IMG/VR virus record: IMGVR_UViG_3300022589_000001
DNA: 64,000 nt
DNA from: a virus
Strand: one strand, 5' to 3'
Under the pieces are notes generated by a model, which was not told the DNA's origin, made no database searches, and saw only the letters and a list, made by a program, of their open reading frames with translations. Made by a program: the position numbers and the translations under genes. The first letter of the stretch is position 1. Each line of letters begins with the position of its first letter. Shown here one piece after another: positions 1-11,100 of the stretch.

Positions 1-1
1 G

Positions 2-3000
2 CAAACAGTTGCTGGTGTCCGTCAATATACTCAATTGATGGCATTAATGAATAACTGGGATTTTTATAAACAAAATTTAAATACTGCGGCTAATGCAGAT
101 GGCGCTCTTGATGAACAGCAGAAGATTTATGAAGAATCTTGGGAAGCCGCTCATAAAAGAGTCCAAGCAGCAGCTCAAACTATTTATTCAGAGTTAATTG
201 ATGATGAATTTTTTATTACTCTTTTAGATGGTTTTAAAGAAATTCTTGAATATGTAGACCATTTTATTGATGCTCTTGGTGGATTAAAGGGTGTTTTATC
301 AGTAGTTGGTACTTTATTGATTAAATCTTTTAGTAATGAAATTGCTTCAAAGATTGATAATATTGGAATGGCTATTCGTCGTACTGCAGGTGGAGAGTCT
401 GCGAGTGCAATTGCTATGAAGAAAAAGGCTGTTGGATTAACTGCCAATATGGGTTCTGATTCTGATACCAACGAAGGTATGGCCATGAATGAGGCTTATA
501 ATGCTCGCCAACAAGCTCAGACTTTAATGCTTAATAATGCTAATCGTTTAAGCGAAGCTGAAAAAAGTACTTTACAAATCCTCATGGATGGTAATAAAGC
601 ACTTGGTGAACAAGTTATTCTTCAGGGAAAATTAGCTGATGAAGCTGCTCGAGAAGCAGATAATCAAGAGCGTTCTTTGAAATTAAAACATAAAACTTTA
701 AATGGTAAAACCAATAGCAAAAAAGTAACCTCTTATAAAGAGGGTATGCAAGATGTTGGTAAAGCTGAAAGTATTAGTGGGGCTATTTCAAACGCAACGA
801 AATCTCTTTCTACAGGAAAAACAAAAGGCTCTGGACTTGATGGATTGCTTGAAAATGCAAAAAATTTACAAACTACATTAGGAACCATTTCAAGTAATCC
901 TATTTTTAAGGGTAATAGTAATGTAGAAAAAACTTCTAAGTCTGTTGAAACTTTACATAGAAAACTTACTGAAATTGCAGGAAAAGATATTATAAGTCAG
1001 CAAGATGTAGATGATTTAACCAGAATGGCACAACAAGCAGACCAAATGGTTGCCGATCTTTCTATGGATATGCAAGAAAATGGTGCTGAAGATATTATAA
1101 AATCAGCAGGTTTAAAAGCTGGCGGAAAACAATCTCAAGATTTACAAAATCTTGGAGAAACTGCTCGCGATGCAGGTTTGAAAGCAGGTCAAGCTTCTGT
1201 TGGTATGACTACCCTTGGTCAAAGTGTTAAGACTATGGGCGATTATGTTGATGGAGCTCAGGGAAAAGTAATGACTTTAGGTCAAAAAATCACTGCAGCG
1301 GCGCAGACAGTTACTACCACCATTATGGTATTTAATATGCTCAAAGGAGCTATTGATACTATTAAAGACCCAGAAATGACTGGATGGGAAAAATTCTTAT
1401 CTATTATGGGAACTGTAGCAATGGCTATCCCAATGGTTGTTTCTACTGTTACCGCTTTAGCTCCGGCGTTTATGGGAGCTGGTGCTGCTGGTATGACTGG
1501 TGGTACAATGATGGGTGCTGGCATGACTGCAGCAATGGGTCCAATTGGTTGGATTATTGCCGCTGTTACTGCTTTGATTGCTTTGTTTGTTGGATTAGCA
1601 ATTGCAGCAGAACAAAACAGTCCAGAAGCACAGTTAGCTAAAACTGCTAAGACAGCAGAAGAATTATCTGAGAATCTTGAAGAAGTTCGCAAAGAAGCCC
1701 AAGAAATTAAAGATACTTTTGATAAGTATGATAGTTTAATTGATAAATTAAACAATTGTGCGAAGGGTACTAAAGAGTGGTATGAAGCTCTTGAAGAAGT
1801 CAATAATTGTGCTTTAGATTTATTAGAAAAATATCCAGATTTAGCAAAATATGAAGGTCTTTTCACAAGAAAAGACGGAATGTTAACAATTGACCCCAAT
1901 GTAGTTGAAAATATAATTAAAGATTTAGACAATCAAGTAAATAGTGCGACCGCAGCGGCTTTGTTATCAAGCGCTGATGTAGCGCAGAAGAAAGCTGATA
2001 ATTTAACAGCTGAAACTCGCTCAAGTATTGGCTCTTTCATTGGTACTGATTATACAATGGTTGGACAGGGTAGAGAAGCACATCGTCAATACGAAACTGT
2101 AAAAGCAGGGGAAATTTTAGTAGAACATGCTGAAGAATTAGCAAATTTAACTGAAAAAGAATACGAAACTAAAATTAAAGCTCTCGTAGATCAAGCAGCC
2201 AAAGATGTTTCAATGACTGAAGAGCAATATCAAAATATGATTAAAGCTTTAATGGAAGACCAAGAAGCTATTAATCAACTTGTAAGAGCTACTCAGAATG
2301 CCGCAACTCAAATGGATAATGCCACTTTAGCTTTAGCAAATCAAACTTTAGCGAATAAAGGTTATGAAAATGCAGAAGTTATGATGGCATCTATGGGTCT
2401 TGAGTCTCAATATCAAACCATTTATGATGAAATTATCACAAAAGGTAGAGCGGATTGGCAATCTGAGGGCACTACAACTAATTCTAAGGATATTTGGAAA
2501 CGTTTTGAAGAAGCTACCGGAAAAGATTATCAAGAAATTGATAATACTGTACAAGGTAGCGCGGCTAATCGTGTATATGCTTATAAAGATGACGCTGGTA
2601 AAGAACAAACCTTTTCATTAGAATATATGGCAAAAACAATTGCTGCACATGAAGCTTTGCAAGACTTAGAAATGAGTGCAAAAGAAGCTGGTGAAGCGCT
2701 TGTAAATGTTGAGCAAGTTAATAGACAATATGCTGAAACCATGGAAGGCCTTGATGCTGATGCTATAACAGCTGGAGTAAAAGATTGGGTTACTACTGGT
2801 AGTTTTGGTGATATGACAGAGGCTGATTTCGCAGGTCTCCAAGATGTTGTCGAGGGTGCAGGCGGAGTTGATGCTTATTTACAGCAAGCTTTTGGTATGT
2901 CTGCAGATGAACTTGCAGTTGCTTTTGGTGATGATTATGTAGATAGATTTACCAATAGCATGACAAATTATACTGATGATTTAAGTGAAGTTGGCAAAGA

Positions 3001-6000
3001 TTTATTAGAGAAGGCTCAAGTTGAATTAACTGCATTAGATACTTCTAAATTAACTCTTAATCAGAAAAATGCTGTAGGAGAAATGATTAATGCAGCTATT
3101 GTTAATACAGGAAGTGCTGACGCTTTTACTAATTTATTTAATCAAATTCCAGTAGAACAAACTGATGAATTTGCAGAAGTTTTAAGTAATGTTGATTGGC
3201 AAACCACCGATATTAATCAATTAAAAGATTCTTTATATGAAGCAGGAATTAGTACAGTAGGTTTTGATGATGAATTACAAAATCTTATTGATACTATGGA
3301 TAATTCTGGTATTCAAGCTGCAGCATCTCTTGGCGCGAGTTATAAAAATTTAACTGATATTACTGAAGGATTACAAACTGGAGATACAATTTCTGCTGAA
3401 GATTATGGTAAATTGGACGAAGGAATGCAACGTTATTTTACCATGATGATGGATGGCACTTATGCGCTTACTGGTTCTGCTCAAGAATTCCAAGAATTAG
3501 TACATAAACAAGGAATTGCATCTTATCAAGAAAATATTCAAAAACTTGGAGAACAAGCAGCAGGCTATAATAGAATTAAAGGTTATGATATTGATGCTTT
3601 AAAAGATGCTCAATATGAAAAAGGTGAAGGGTATAGTAGTTCTGGAGTAAAACAGCAGTTAGATATTCTTGACGTATTGGGCTATGACCCAGAGCAGCTT
3701 GCAAAATGGCGCGAAGATGCATCAGATTTTAATATGAGCCATGAAAATCTTGATGCAATTACTGCGGCTGTCCAAGGGTATAGTCATGAATTAGAAAATC
3801 TTGATGTACTTATTGAAGAAAATAAACAAGCGGTATTTGGACAGGAAATGGCAATTGCTATGTCTTATCAGTCATTATCAGATTTGACTAAGGCATATGA
3901 AGAAGGCGTTGTTTCAGTCCAAGCTTATAATACTGCGGCGATTGCTCTTAATGAAAAAGAAGATTTAGAAGGTCTTGATACAGAAGAACTTGAAGAATAC
4001 GCTGAGTATTTACAGGAAATTTGTGATGAATCTGAAGAATTAAGCAGTGAGTTAGATGATAATGATGAAGCAGCTCGAGATGTGGCAAAAACTATTCTGA
4101 AAATGAATAAAGGAATAGAGGCTCTTGCTGAAGGATATGATGATTGGGCTGATGTTATTAAAAATAGCTCAAAAGAAAGTGAAGAATATTGTGATGCTGT
4201 AAATGGTATGCGCGATGCACTTTCTGACGTATTGGACGTAAGTGAAGATTATATTTCCAGTGATTTTATGGCAGGTCATTTGGAAGATATTAAACTTGCC
4301 GCAGAAGGTAATGCAGATGCTATTGATAGATTAAAAGCTGCTTTAGCAGACCAAATTATTCTTGATATTGTCGGCGTTGATAAATTTGCAGATTTACCAA
4401 GTGGATTGCAGACTGCAATTAATGAAATGCAATCAATTATCAGTTCTACTTCTTTAAAAGTTGGCGACACTTTAGATATGAGTGTTGATGATACTGGTTT
4501 CATTGAAGCTTGTAACGAAATTATTAAAAATGCAAATATGACCGCTGACCAAGCCAACGCTTATTTTGATGCTCTTGGCTTTGAAACTAATTTTGTAACT
4601 GAACCTCAATTACAGACTCAGCGAGTTCCAGAGTATGTAACTGAAACAATTGATGAAGGTAGTACAACAGTTACTTTAGCTGATGGAACGGAAGTTCCAA
4701 TGGTTAGAACTCGAACCAGAACTTATCAGGATGGATATTATGAAGCTGAAGGCATGGTTGATGCTATTGCAATGGCAACCAGTACTGATGGTTCTACTCA
4801 AGTACCTCAAATTCAATCTATTACAAAGAAGCCAAGTGGTTCTTCTAATAATTATTCGTCTAAAAACTCTGGTGGCGCTAAGAGTCCTGGTAGTAAAGGT
4901 GGAGGCGGCGGAGATAAAAAAGCGAAGAAAGAAAGCAAAAAATCCGCAAAAACTGAAACTGAAAGATATCATGTTATTGAAAATCAATTAGAAAATTTAA
5001 AAAGTCAATATGATGAAATTTCTAAGGCTAAAGACAGAGCATTTGGTAAAGCTAAACTTGCTTTAATGGATAAAGAAATTGCGAAGCAAAAAGAAATTAT
5101 TGCGAAGCAAAAAGAATATCTTAGTCAAGCAGAAAAGAATTTAAGTACAGATGCAGCAGCTCTTGGCAAATATAATGCTACCATAGTTGATGGCGTAGTT
5201 ACAAATTATGACTCAATGGTAGCAGCTCAAGTGCAGAAATATAATGATGCCGTTGAGAAATATAACGCTTTAAGTGCTGAGGCTCAAGAAAAATTAGATG
5301 AAGAATGGTCTAATAAGAAAGATGAAAATGGTCAATATTATAATAGCTATTTAGATTATTACGAGCGCGAATATGAAAATTTCACTGAAGCATTATCACA
5401 ATATGAAGAAACTCAAGATTTAGTTCGAGATAAGCAACAAGAAATTATTGATGCGCAGAATGAATTATATGATTTGCAATTAGAGAAAATTGACTATAAA
5501 GTTCAAGTACAAATTGATATTGAGGATGACGAATTACAATATTTAGAGTATATGCTTGAAAGAATTGAAAATAAGGCATTTAGCGCAGCCGAAGCTATTG
5601 CAAATCTTGGTCAGCAAACTCAAAGCTACATGACTAAAAATCAGGTTTATGAACAGGGCGTTAAAGACATTTTTGCTAATCATGGTTTAACAAATGAAGA
5701 TTTTAATAAGTTTAAAGCCGGTGACGAAGCTACTTTGGCAAAACTTGGTCAAATGGAGTTTACTGATGATGAAGTTCAAACTCTTCGTGATTATACTTCA
5801 AGTTTAATTGACACTAATCAATCTTTAATTGAAACTCGTCAAGCGGTTCATGATAAACTCCTTTCTGCTTTTGAGGAAATGAACGAAGAACTTGATAAGG
5901 GTATTGATAAGTTAGAAGCTTTATCAGAAATGACTGAATCTTATCGAACAATTGTTGACTTGGTTGGTAAAGCTAATTTTGCAGGTGGAAATGAAACTAT

Positions 6001-8071
6001 TGCAGAAATTAATAAGGCAACTGTTGCTCAAGCAAAAAATATCGCTCAAGCAAAAATCGCTAAGAGAGATGCGCTTGCCGCAGATATTGAATATGCAGAA
6101 AAGCAATACGCCCTTCAGAAAGATAATATTTCTGAAGAAGAGCGTAAGATGTGGGAAGATTCTATTGCTGAAATGAAAGTTCAATTAACTGAAGCTAAGC
6201 AAGAGGCAAGAGATTCCATTACCGATTGGATGGAAGAGATTAATAAAGACTTCCAAGATTCCATTACTGCGGCCCTTGATAAATTTTCTGAAACGGTAGC
6301 AGGTCGTTTCAGTAGTATTGCTGAACTTTCTGATGCTTTTGGTAGAGCACAAACTAAGAATGATAGATACCTGGAAGATTATCAGAAGATTTATGAGTTT
6401 AGTAAATTAACTCGTGATATTGAAAAATCCATAGATGATACTGATAATATAAGAGCAAAGAAAGAGCTAAGAAAACTTCTTGAAGAAATTAATGAAATTG
6501 AAGAGTCTGGTGCTCAAGTAAGTGAATATCAAGTTGAAAATCTCCGTAAGCAATTTGAACTTAAACAAGCTGAATTGGCTTTGGAAGAAGTTAAAGATGC
6601 TAAGAGTCAAGTTCGTATGACTCGCGACAACAATGGTAACTGGGGATACGTTTATACTGCTAATGACCAGGATGTAGCAGCAGCTGAGCAGTCTTATGAA
6701 GATAAGCTTTATGAACTTCAAGAGCATAACGCTGAATATATCAATCAGCTCCAAGAAAGTATTATTACAATGCAACAAGAGATGGCTGATAAGTTAGCTG
6801 AAATTGCGGCTGACGAGGCGTTAAGTATTGAAGAACGTCAAGCTAAGATGGATGAAGTTCGCAGATTCTATCAAGAGCAAATGGGTTATTATAATTCTGA
6901 GTTAAATTTAGCTTTGAATAATAATAAAACACTGTACGAAGACGATTGGATGGCATATTCTGAAAGAACTGGATATAAAATTTCTGCTGATGAAGATTAT
7001 GTTGATAGCTTTGAAGAGACTGATTATGCAATTTTAACTGGTTTCCAGAATATGGAGCAGTCTCAGTTGGCATTTAACCAAGCATCTCAAACCATGTTGG
7101 ACGAGTCTAATATAGCTTTTATCACCTGGAAAGACCAGATGAAAGATGCTTTGGATGAGGCCGATTTAAATTTTGATACTTTGAAAGAAGATATTAAAGA
7201 AGACCTTGGTGAAATTGTTGAAGAGTCTAATACAACTACTGAAGAGATTAAAGAGGATGCAAAAGAAATGGTTGAGGATTACCAAACAGTTGTAGATGCA
7301 ATTGTTGAATGGGAAACTCAATATAGCACTTCTGTTGAGCAAATGATTATTGAAAGCGATAAAATTATTACTAAATTCAATGAAGTACTTAGGCTTTGGG
7401 GAGAAGTGAAAAGCGCTGCTGAACAAGGTGTACCTGAACCTCCAAGCAGTAGTGAAACTCCAAGTAGCACCCCTTCTGGAAGCCCTGATAGTGGTGACGA
7501 TGGGATGCCACCTGATAACTCAAGTAAAGCTGAGGGTGTTGCGGCAGCCATCTGGATGGACGGCGGTGCGGCGTCTGGTTGGTATAATGGTAGCGACAGA
7601 CGTTCTCGTTTGGCTGAAAAGGGTGTTACTGCAGCACAGGCTTACATCAATGCACATGGTCCAAATGGTGACATTTATAGAACATGGGCAAGTAAGCGTG
7701 GTCAGTTAAGAAACTTCTACTATGGCTCATTTGATACTGGTGGTTACACTGGTGAGTGGGGTTCAGAAGGACGTTTCGCAATGCTCCATGAAAAAGAACT
7801 CGTTCTTAATCCAGCGGACACTGAAAACTTACTTTCTGCTGTTAACTTAATCCGTGAGATTAGCTCAATCATTGATTTGAATGCAATGAGTGCAAGCCTC
7901 GGATTGACCAGCTTGTTAGGTATCGGTAAGATCGGAACCTCAAGAGAATCTCTTGAGCAAACCGTTACTATTCATGCTGAGTTCCCAGGAGTTACAGATA
8001 GAAATGAGATTGAAGAAGCATTTAGTAATCTTATTAACACAGCTTCTCAATACGCAAACCGTAAATCTTAA
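2..8071 (+). CDS. Tail tape-measure protein, 5'-truncated at the window edge. Features: coiled-coil-rich, a Gly/Ala/Met-rich hydrophobic segment, a Ser/Pro linker, and a globular C-terminal domain.
   Basis: The reading frame is open from nt 2, so the ORF-track ATG at 35 is internal. It encodes more than 2678 aa with heptad-like K/E/A/Q composition. A hydrophobic block (MGAGAAGMTGGTMMGAGMTAAMGPIGWIIAAVTALIALFVGLAIAA) is typical of tape-measure proteins. The gene sits just upstream of the tail-tip genes and is followed by an intrinsic terminator. Confidence 0.85.
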   Translation, partial: QTVAGVRQYTQLMALMNNWDFYKQNLNTAANADGALDEQQKIYEESWEAAHKRVQAAAQTIYSELIDDEFFITLLDGFKEILEYVDHFIDALGGLKGVLSVVGTLLIKSFSNEIASKIDNIGMAIRRTAGGESASAIAMKKKAVGLTANMGSDSDTNEGMAMNEAYNARQQAQTLMLNNANRLSEAEKSTLQILMDGNKALGEQVILQGKLADEAAREADNQERSLKLKHKTLNGKTNSKKVTSYKEGMQDVGKAESISGAISNATKSLSTGKTKGSGLDGLLENAKNLQTTLGTISSNPIFKGNSNVEKTSKSVETLHRKLTEIAGKDIISQQDVDDLTRMAQQADQMVADLSMDMQENGAEDIIKSAGLKAGGKQSQDLQNLGETARDAGLKAGQASVGMTTLGQSVKTMGDYVDGAQGKVMTLGQKITAAAQTVTTTIMVFNMLKGAIDTIKDPEMTGWEKFLSIMGTVAMAIPMVVSTVTALAPAFMGAGAAGMTGGTMMGAGMTAAMGPIGWIIAAVTALIALFVGLAIAAEQNSPEAQLAKTAKTAEELSENLEEVRKEAQEIKDTFDKYDSLIDKLNNCAKGTKEWYEALEEVNNCALDLLEKYPDLAKYEGLFTRKDGMLTIDPNVVENIIKDLDNQVNSATAAALLSSADVAQKKADNLTAETRSSIGSFIGTDYTMVGQGREAHRQYETVKAGEILVEHAEELANLTEKEYETKIKALVDQAAKDVSMTEEQYQNMIKALMEDQEAINQLVRATQNAATQMDNATLALANQTLANKGYENAEVMMASMGLESQYQTIYDEIITKGRADWQSEGTTTNSKDIWKRFEEATGKDYQEIDNTVQGSAANRVYAYKDDAGKEQTFSLEYMAKTIAAHEALQDLEMSAKEAGEALVNVEQVNRQYAETMEGLDADAITAGVKDWVTTGSFGDMTEADFAGLQDVVEGAGGVDAYLQQAFGMSADELAVAFGDDYVDRFTNSMTNYTDDLSEVGKDLLEKAQVELTALDTSKLTLNQKNAVGEMINAAIVNTGSADAFTNLFNQIPVEQTDEFAEVLSNVDWQTTDINQLKDSLYEAGISTVGFDDELQNLIDTMDNSGIQAAASLGASYKNLTDITEGLQTGDTISAEDYGKLDEGMQRYFTMMMDGTYALTGSAQEFQELVHKQGIASYQENIQKLGEQAAGYNRIKGYDIDALKDAQYEKGEGYSSSGVKQQLDILDVLGYDPEQLAKWREDASDFNMSHENLDAITAAVQGYSHELENLDVLIEENKQAVFGQEMAIAMSYQSLSDLTKAYEEGVVSVQAYNTAAIALNEKEDLEGLDTEELEEYAEYLQEICDESEELSSELDDNDEAARDVAKTILKMNKGIEALAEGYDDWADVIKNSSKESEEYCDAVNGMRDALSDVLDVSEDYISSDFMAGHLEDIKLAAEGNADAIDRLKAALADQIILDIVGVDKFADLPSGLQTAINEMQSIISSTSLKVGDTLDMSVDDTGFIEACNEIIKNANMTADQANAYFDALGFETNFVTEPQLQTQRVPEYVTETIDEGSTTVTLADGTEVPMVRTRTRTYQDGYYEAEGMVDAIAMATSTDGSTQVPQIQSITKKPSGSSNNYSSKNSGGAKSPGSKGGGGGDKKAKKESKKSAKTETERYHVIENQLENLKSQYDEISKAKDRAFGKAKLALMDKEIAKQKEIIAKQKEYLSQAEKNLSTDAAALGKYNATIVDGVVTNYDSMVAAQVQKYNDAVEKYNALSAEAQEKLDEEWSNKKDENGQYYNSYLDYYEREYENFTEALSQYEETQDLVRDKQQEIIDAQNELYDLQLEKIDYKVQVQIDIEDDELQYLEYMLERIENKAFSAAEAIANLGQQTQSYMTKNQVYEQGVKDIFANHGLTNEDFNKFKAGDEATLAKLGQMEFTDDEVQTLRDYTSSLIDTNQSLIETRQAVHDKLLSAFEEMNEELDKGIDKLEALSEMTESYRTIVDLVGKANFAGGNETIAEINKATVAQAKNIAQAKIAKRDALAADIEYAEKQYALQKDNISEEERKMWEDSIAEMKVQLTEAKQEARDSITDWMEEINKDFQDSITAALDKFSETVAGRFSSIAELSDAFGRAQTKNDRYLEDYQKIYEFSKLTRDIEKSIDDTDNIRAKKELRKLLEEINEIEESGAQVSEYQVENLRKQFELKQAELALEEVKDAKSQVRMTRDNNGNWGYVYTANDQDVAAAEQSYEDKLYELQEHNAEYINQLQESIITMQQEMADKLAEIAADEALSIEERQAKMDEVRRFYQEQMGYYNSELNLALNNNKTLYEDDWMAYSERTGYKISADEDYVDSFEETDYAILTGFQNMEQSQLAFNQASQTMLDESNIAFITWKDQMKDALDEADLNFDTLKEDIKEDLGEIVEESNTTTEEIKEDAKEMVEDYQTVVDAIVEWETQYSTSVEQMIIESDKIITKFNEVLRLWGEVKSAAEQGVPEPPSSSETPSSTPSGSPDSGDDGMPPDNSSKAEGVAAAIWMDGGAASGWYNGSDRRSRLAEKGVTAAQAYINAHGPNGDIYRTWASKRGQLRNFYYGSFDTGGYTGEWGSEGRFAMLHEKELVLNPADTENLLSAVNLIREISSIIDLNAMSASLGLTSLLGIGKIGTSRESLEQTVTIHAEFPGVTDRNEIEEAFSNLINTASQYANRKS
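5078..5115 (+). repeat. Tandem direct repeat (2 x 18 nt, attgcgaagcaaaaagaa) inside the tape-measure gene. It encodes KEIAKQKEIIAKQKE.
   Basis: The duplicated 18-mer is directly visible, separated by 2 nt. Confidence 0.8.
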
Positions 8072-8080
8072 TTATAGATG

Positions 8081-8112
8081 GGGGATAGACTTCGGTCTAT
8101 CCCCTTTTTCTT
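8081..8112 (+). terminator. Rho-independent terminator after the tape-measure gene. It has a 10-bp perfect stem (ggggatagac/gtctatcccc), a UUCG tetraloop and a U-tract (tttttcttattt).
   Basis: The stem-loop and following T-run were read directly. It overlaps the spurious ATG at 8078. Confidence 0.85.
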
Positions 8113-8188
8113 ATTTGGACAATTTGAACTAATAATTAAGATACAATTTTCAAAAATAATTAGAATGGAGAGAAAGGAGGCCAAATAT

Positions 8189-11100
8189 ATGAAAGACATT
8201 TCAGAAAGTCTGTTTCAAGCGGTAGACATTATTATGTCAGCTAAATTACATGACTTGAAATATGATAAAACAATCATTTGTACGATTGAAGATGATACCA
8301 ATAAAGAAAAAGGCGAATACATTTGTTCAGATGGTTCATCTAAATTTATTGCGTACTCTGATGTCACTACATATAAAAATGGCATATCAGTCTATGTGAC
8401 TGTTCCTGATGGAGATTATAATAATAGGAAAATTATTATTGGTCGATATGTCGAAGATAATGGTGAGTACTATACATATAGGGCTCCTTTCGAGGACTAC
8501 ATAGATATTACAGAGAATTTGATTGAAGACGATTTGCCTGCGACGGGATTGTTGGCAAATGGGTCTCTTAAAGAAAAAGTTCTTTGGATGCGAGATTTTG
8601 AAAAAGAGCGCGATGCCAGTGGTGATGAAAATTATGTTGGCATCGGTAAGGGTTATAAAGTTCTTGGATTAAATGCAAAATTTAAGTCTTGGCTTGCGGC
8701 TTTGGCTCCAGTGGTCGGTTCATACGGGCTTCGTATTGACTTAGTAGGAAGACAGACTAATACAGCTAAGACAGAAGCAACTGAAAAGTACTATTCCTTC
8801 TACTTAACAACAGATGATATGTTTGGTAATGTTTATAACTTTGAAACATATTATTCTCAAGAGAAGATTTTTGATATTAGTATGATTGATGAAATTGCGC
8901 GCATGCAGCTTGTATTCTACCAGGATGCAAACTTCGCAACTGCCGCAGGCATACCAATTCCTACAACCCAAGGCAATATTCCTTTAACAGACAATATTTT
9001 TGTTAAAGAACCATTTGTTTCTCTTGGTTATTCATTGAGTGACTTTGCAGAAGATGCTTTGTTGCTTTATTCATTTGATTCTTTAACTTATACCCCTCAG
9101 GCATCCTCAGAGCAAAATACAAAAAGACTTAAAGCTCGTTGGATTCATTTTGATGAGGAAGGTCAAGTTATTGCGATTGATAAGGAAAATGAAATTCCCG
9201 CAGACGCAAAACTACATTGGTATAAATTCAATTTAACAGAGGGTGTAACTGATACTTTAGCTGGAAACTTTTGGGAGGAATTACCAGACCAGTTAAATAA
9301 GTTGAGTTACAAATTTGTTCCAGATATTTCAAAACAAAACGAAAAATATAAAATCATTGTTGAAACTCCTAATTTAGAGTTAATTCAAACTGAGATTGAT
9401 GATGGTTTCACCGAATTAGAAGCTAAAAGAGATGAGTATAAAACAGAGGAAGATTTTGAGAAAGCAAAGACTGAATTTGAACTACAGCAGTTAGCCAGAG
9501 TGAACTATTACTATAGTGAAGTGTTTACTTTTGAAAATGAGGTCGCTTGTGTAAATGATGCAACAGTAGATTTAATTCAAGCTTTACAAATTGTTTGTGA
9601 CCCTAAAGAAGATGGTGGTCTTCAAGGTAATTATTGTATCTATGATATGACAAACGAACTTTTAAACCCAACCGAAGGTAAGAAAGTGAGAAAACTTGAA
9701 GCAACCTATAAGTCTTTGGTTACTGGTGAACCTTCTTTAGACAAGGCCGCATCTATTACTTGGAAAATTCCAATTTCAAATACAATGATTTATCCTCCAG
9801 AAGAAGGCGTGGAATATTTTACTGAGGTTGATGAAGAGTCTGGCGCAGTTCCTGATGAGATTAGTGGAGATGGAAACTTCTTCTATATTACTCGTATGGG
9901 TACTGAAAACTATGATTTGACCCCAGAAGAAGAAGCTGAAGGATTGCAAATTGAAGTATTACAGAACTTTAGAATTAAAAGTTATTATACTCAAAGCGCA
10001 ACCAATAATACGATTTATTGTTCTGTTGTAAAAAATAATAGAACATATGAAGCGTCAGTTTCTTTAGCTTTTGGTCCTATGGGAACCAATGGTACAGATT
10101 CTACTTTAATTCTTTCTTTAGATAAGAATGCCGCAGCTATTAAGCCAGGTGAAACTTTGAATGTAAATGCTAATTTGTATGACTATGAAAACAATGAATT
10201 AGAAATTACTGATATCACTTGGTCTTGGTGGAGTTATGATAATAATATTGGATTGACTAATACAAGAAGCAATCCTTGTACAATTAAAGCTTCTGCGATA
10301 GAAGGAATTAAGATTTATCATAATATCTTAAAGGCAGTTGTTAAGCATAATGATGTTATGCTTGAAGCTTATTTACCAATTCCAGTAAAAAGCTCTGATA
10401 ATGTTAAGTATGCTGAACTTCCAAATCGTGTTGTTTATGATGCGGGCGGTAGTAATGCAGCCTATTATAAAAATCCTTTAAGAGTAATTAAAACTGAAGA
10501 TGATAGTCAGTTTGATGGCTTTTGGGATGTGGTTCTTACAGACTACACTGAAGCTAATAGAAAATATTATCCAGTTGTAAAAGAAACAGAAGATGGAGTT
10601 AAATTTATTCCTACTTCTATGTTCTTTAATGATTTGGATAAAGGTGTTACTTTAATTTTTGAAACAGCTGATATGAAAGAATGGTGGTACCAGCCAATTC
10701 TTATCATTCAAAACAGATGGCCGAGCGCTATGCTGAATTCTTGGGACGGCAGCTTGACAATTGACGAAGAAAATGGTACAATATTATCAACGATGGTTGG
10801 TGCTGGTAAAAAGGAAAGTGATAATACTTTTACTGGCGTACTTATGGGTGATGTAGAGACAGGCTCAGGAGACAAAACCATTAAGAAAACTGGTGTATAT
10901 GGTTATAACCATGGTATGCAAAGTTTTGGTTTTATGGATGATGGCAAAGCCTTCATTGGTAAAACTGGTAAGGGTCGAATTGAATTTGATGGTAACCATG
11001 GTTGGATTCAATCTATGTCTTATTCTTTGAATAAGACTGGTATGCGAATTGATTTGGATGATGGTATTATTGACATTCGAGGAGCAAAAAAGCTTACTGA

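Noticed and set aside
184-1932. Antisense or alternate-frame ORFs inside the tape-measure gene (184..486 -, 1282..1932 -, 1384..1641 +)
   Set aside because: They are low-complexity translations of a repetitive coding region (Cys/Trp-rich or Ile/Ser-rich junk). They have no RBS and are fully embedded in a strongly supported gene.
8113-8142. Sigma-A-like promoter TTGGAC-16-TAAGAT after the tape-measure terminator
   Set aside because: It is only a 4/6 match at -10 with suboptimal spacing. The equivalent position after the 38320 terminator has no usable -10. Any promoter here is probably a non-sigma-A late promoter.
8078-8188. ORF-track start of the 1592-aa ORF at ATG 8078
   Set aside because: This ATG lies inside the terminator hairpin of the upstream gene and has no RBS. 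The ATG at 8189 has AGGAGG 8 nt upstream and is the plausible start.
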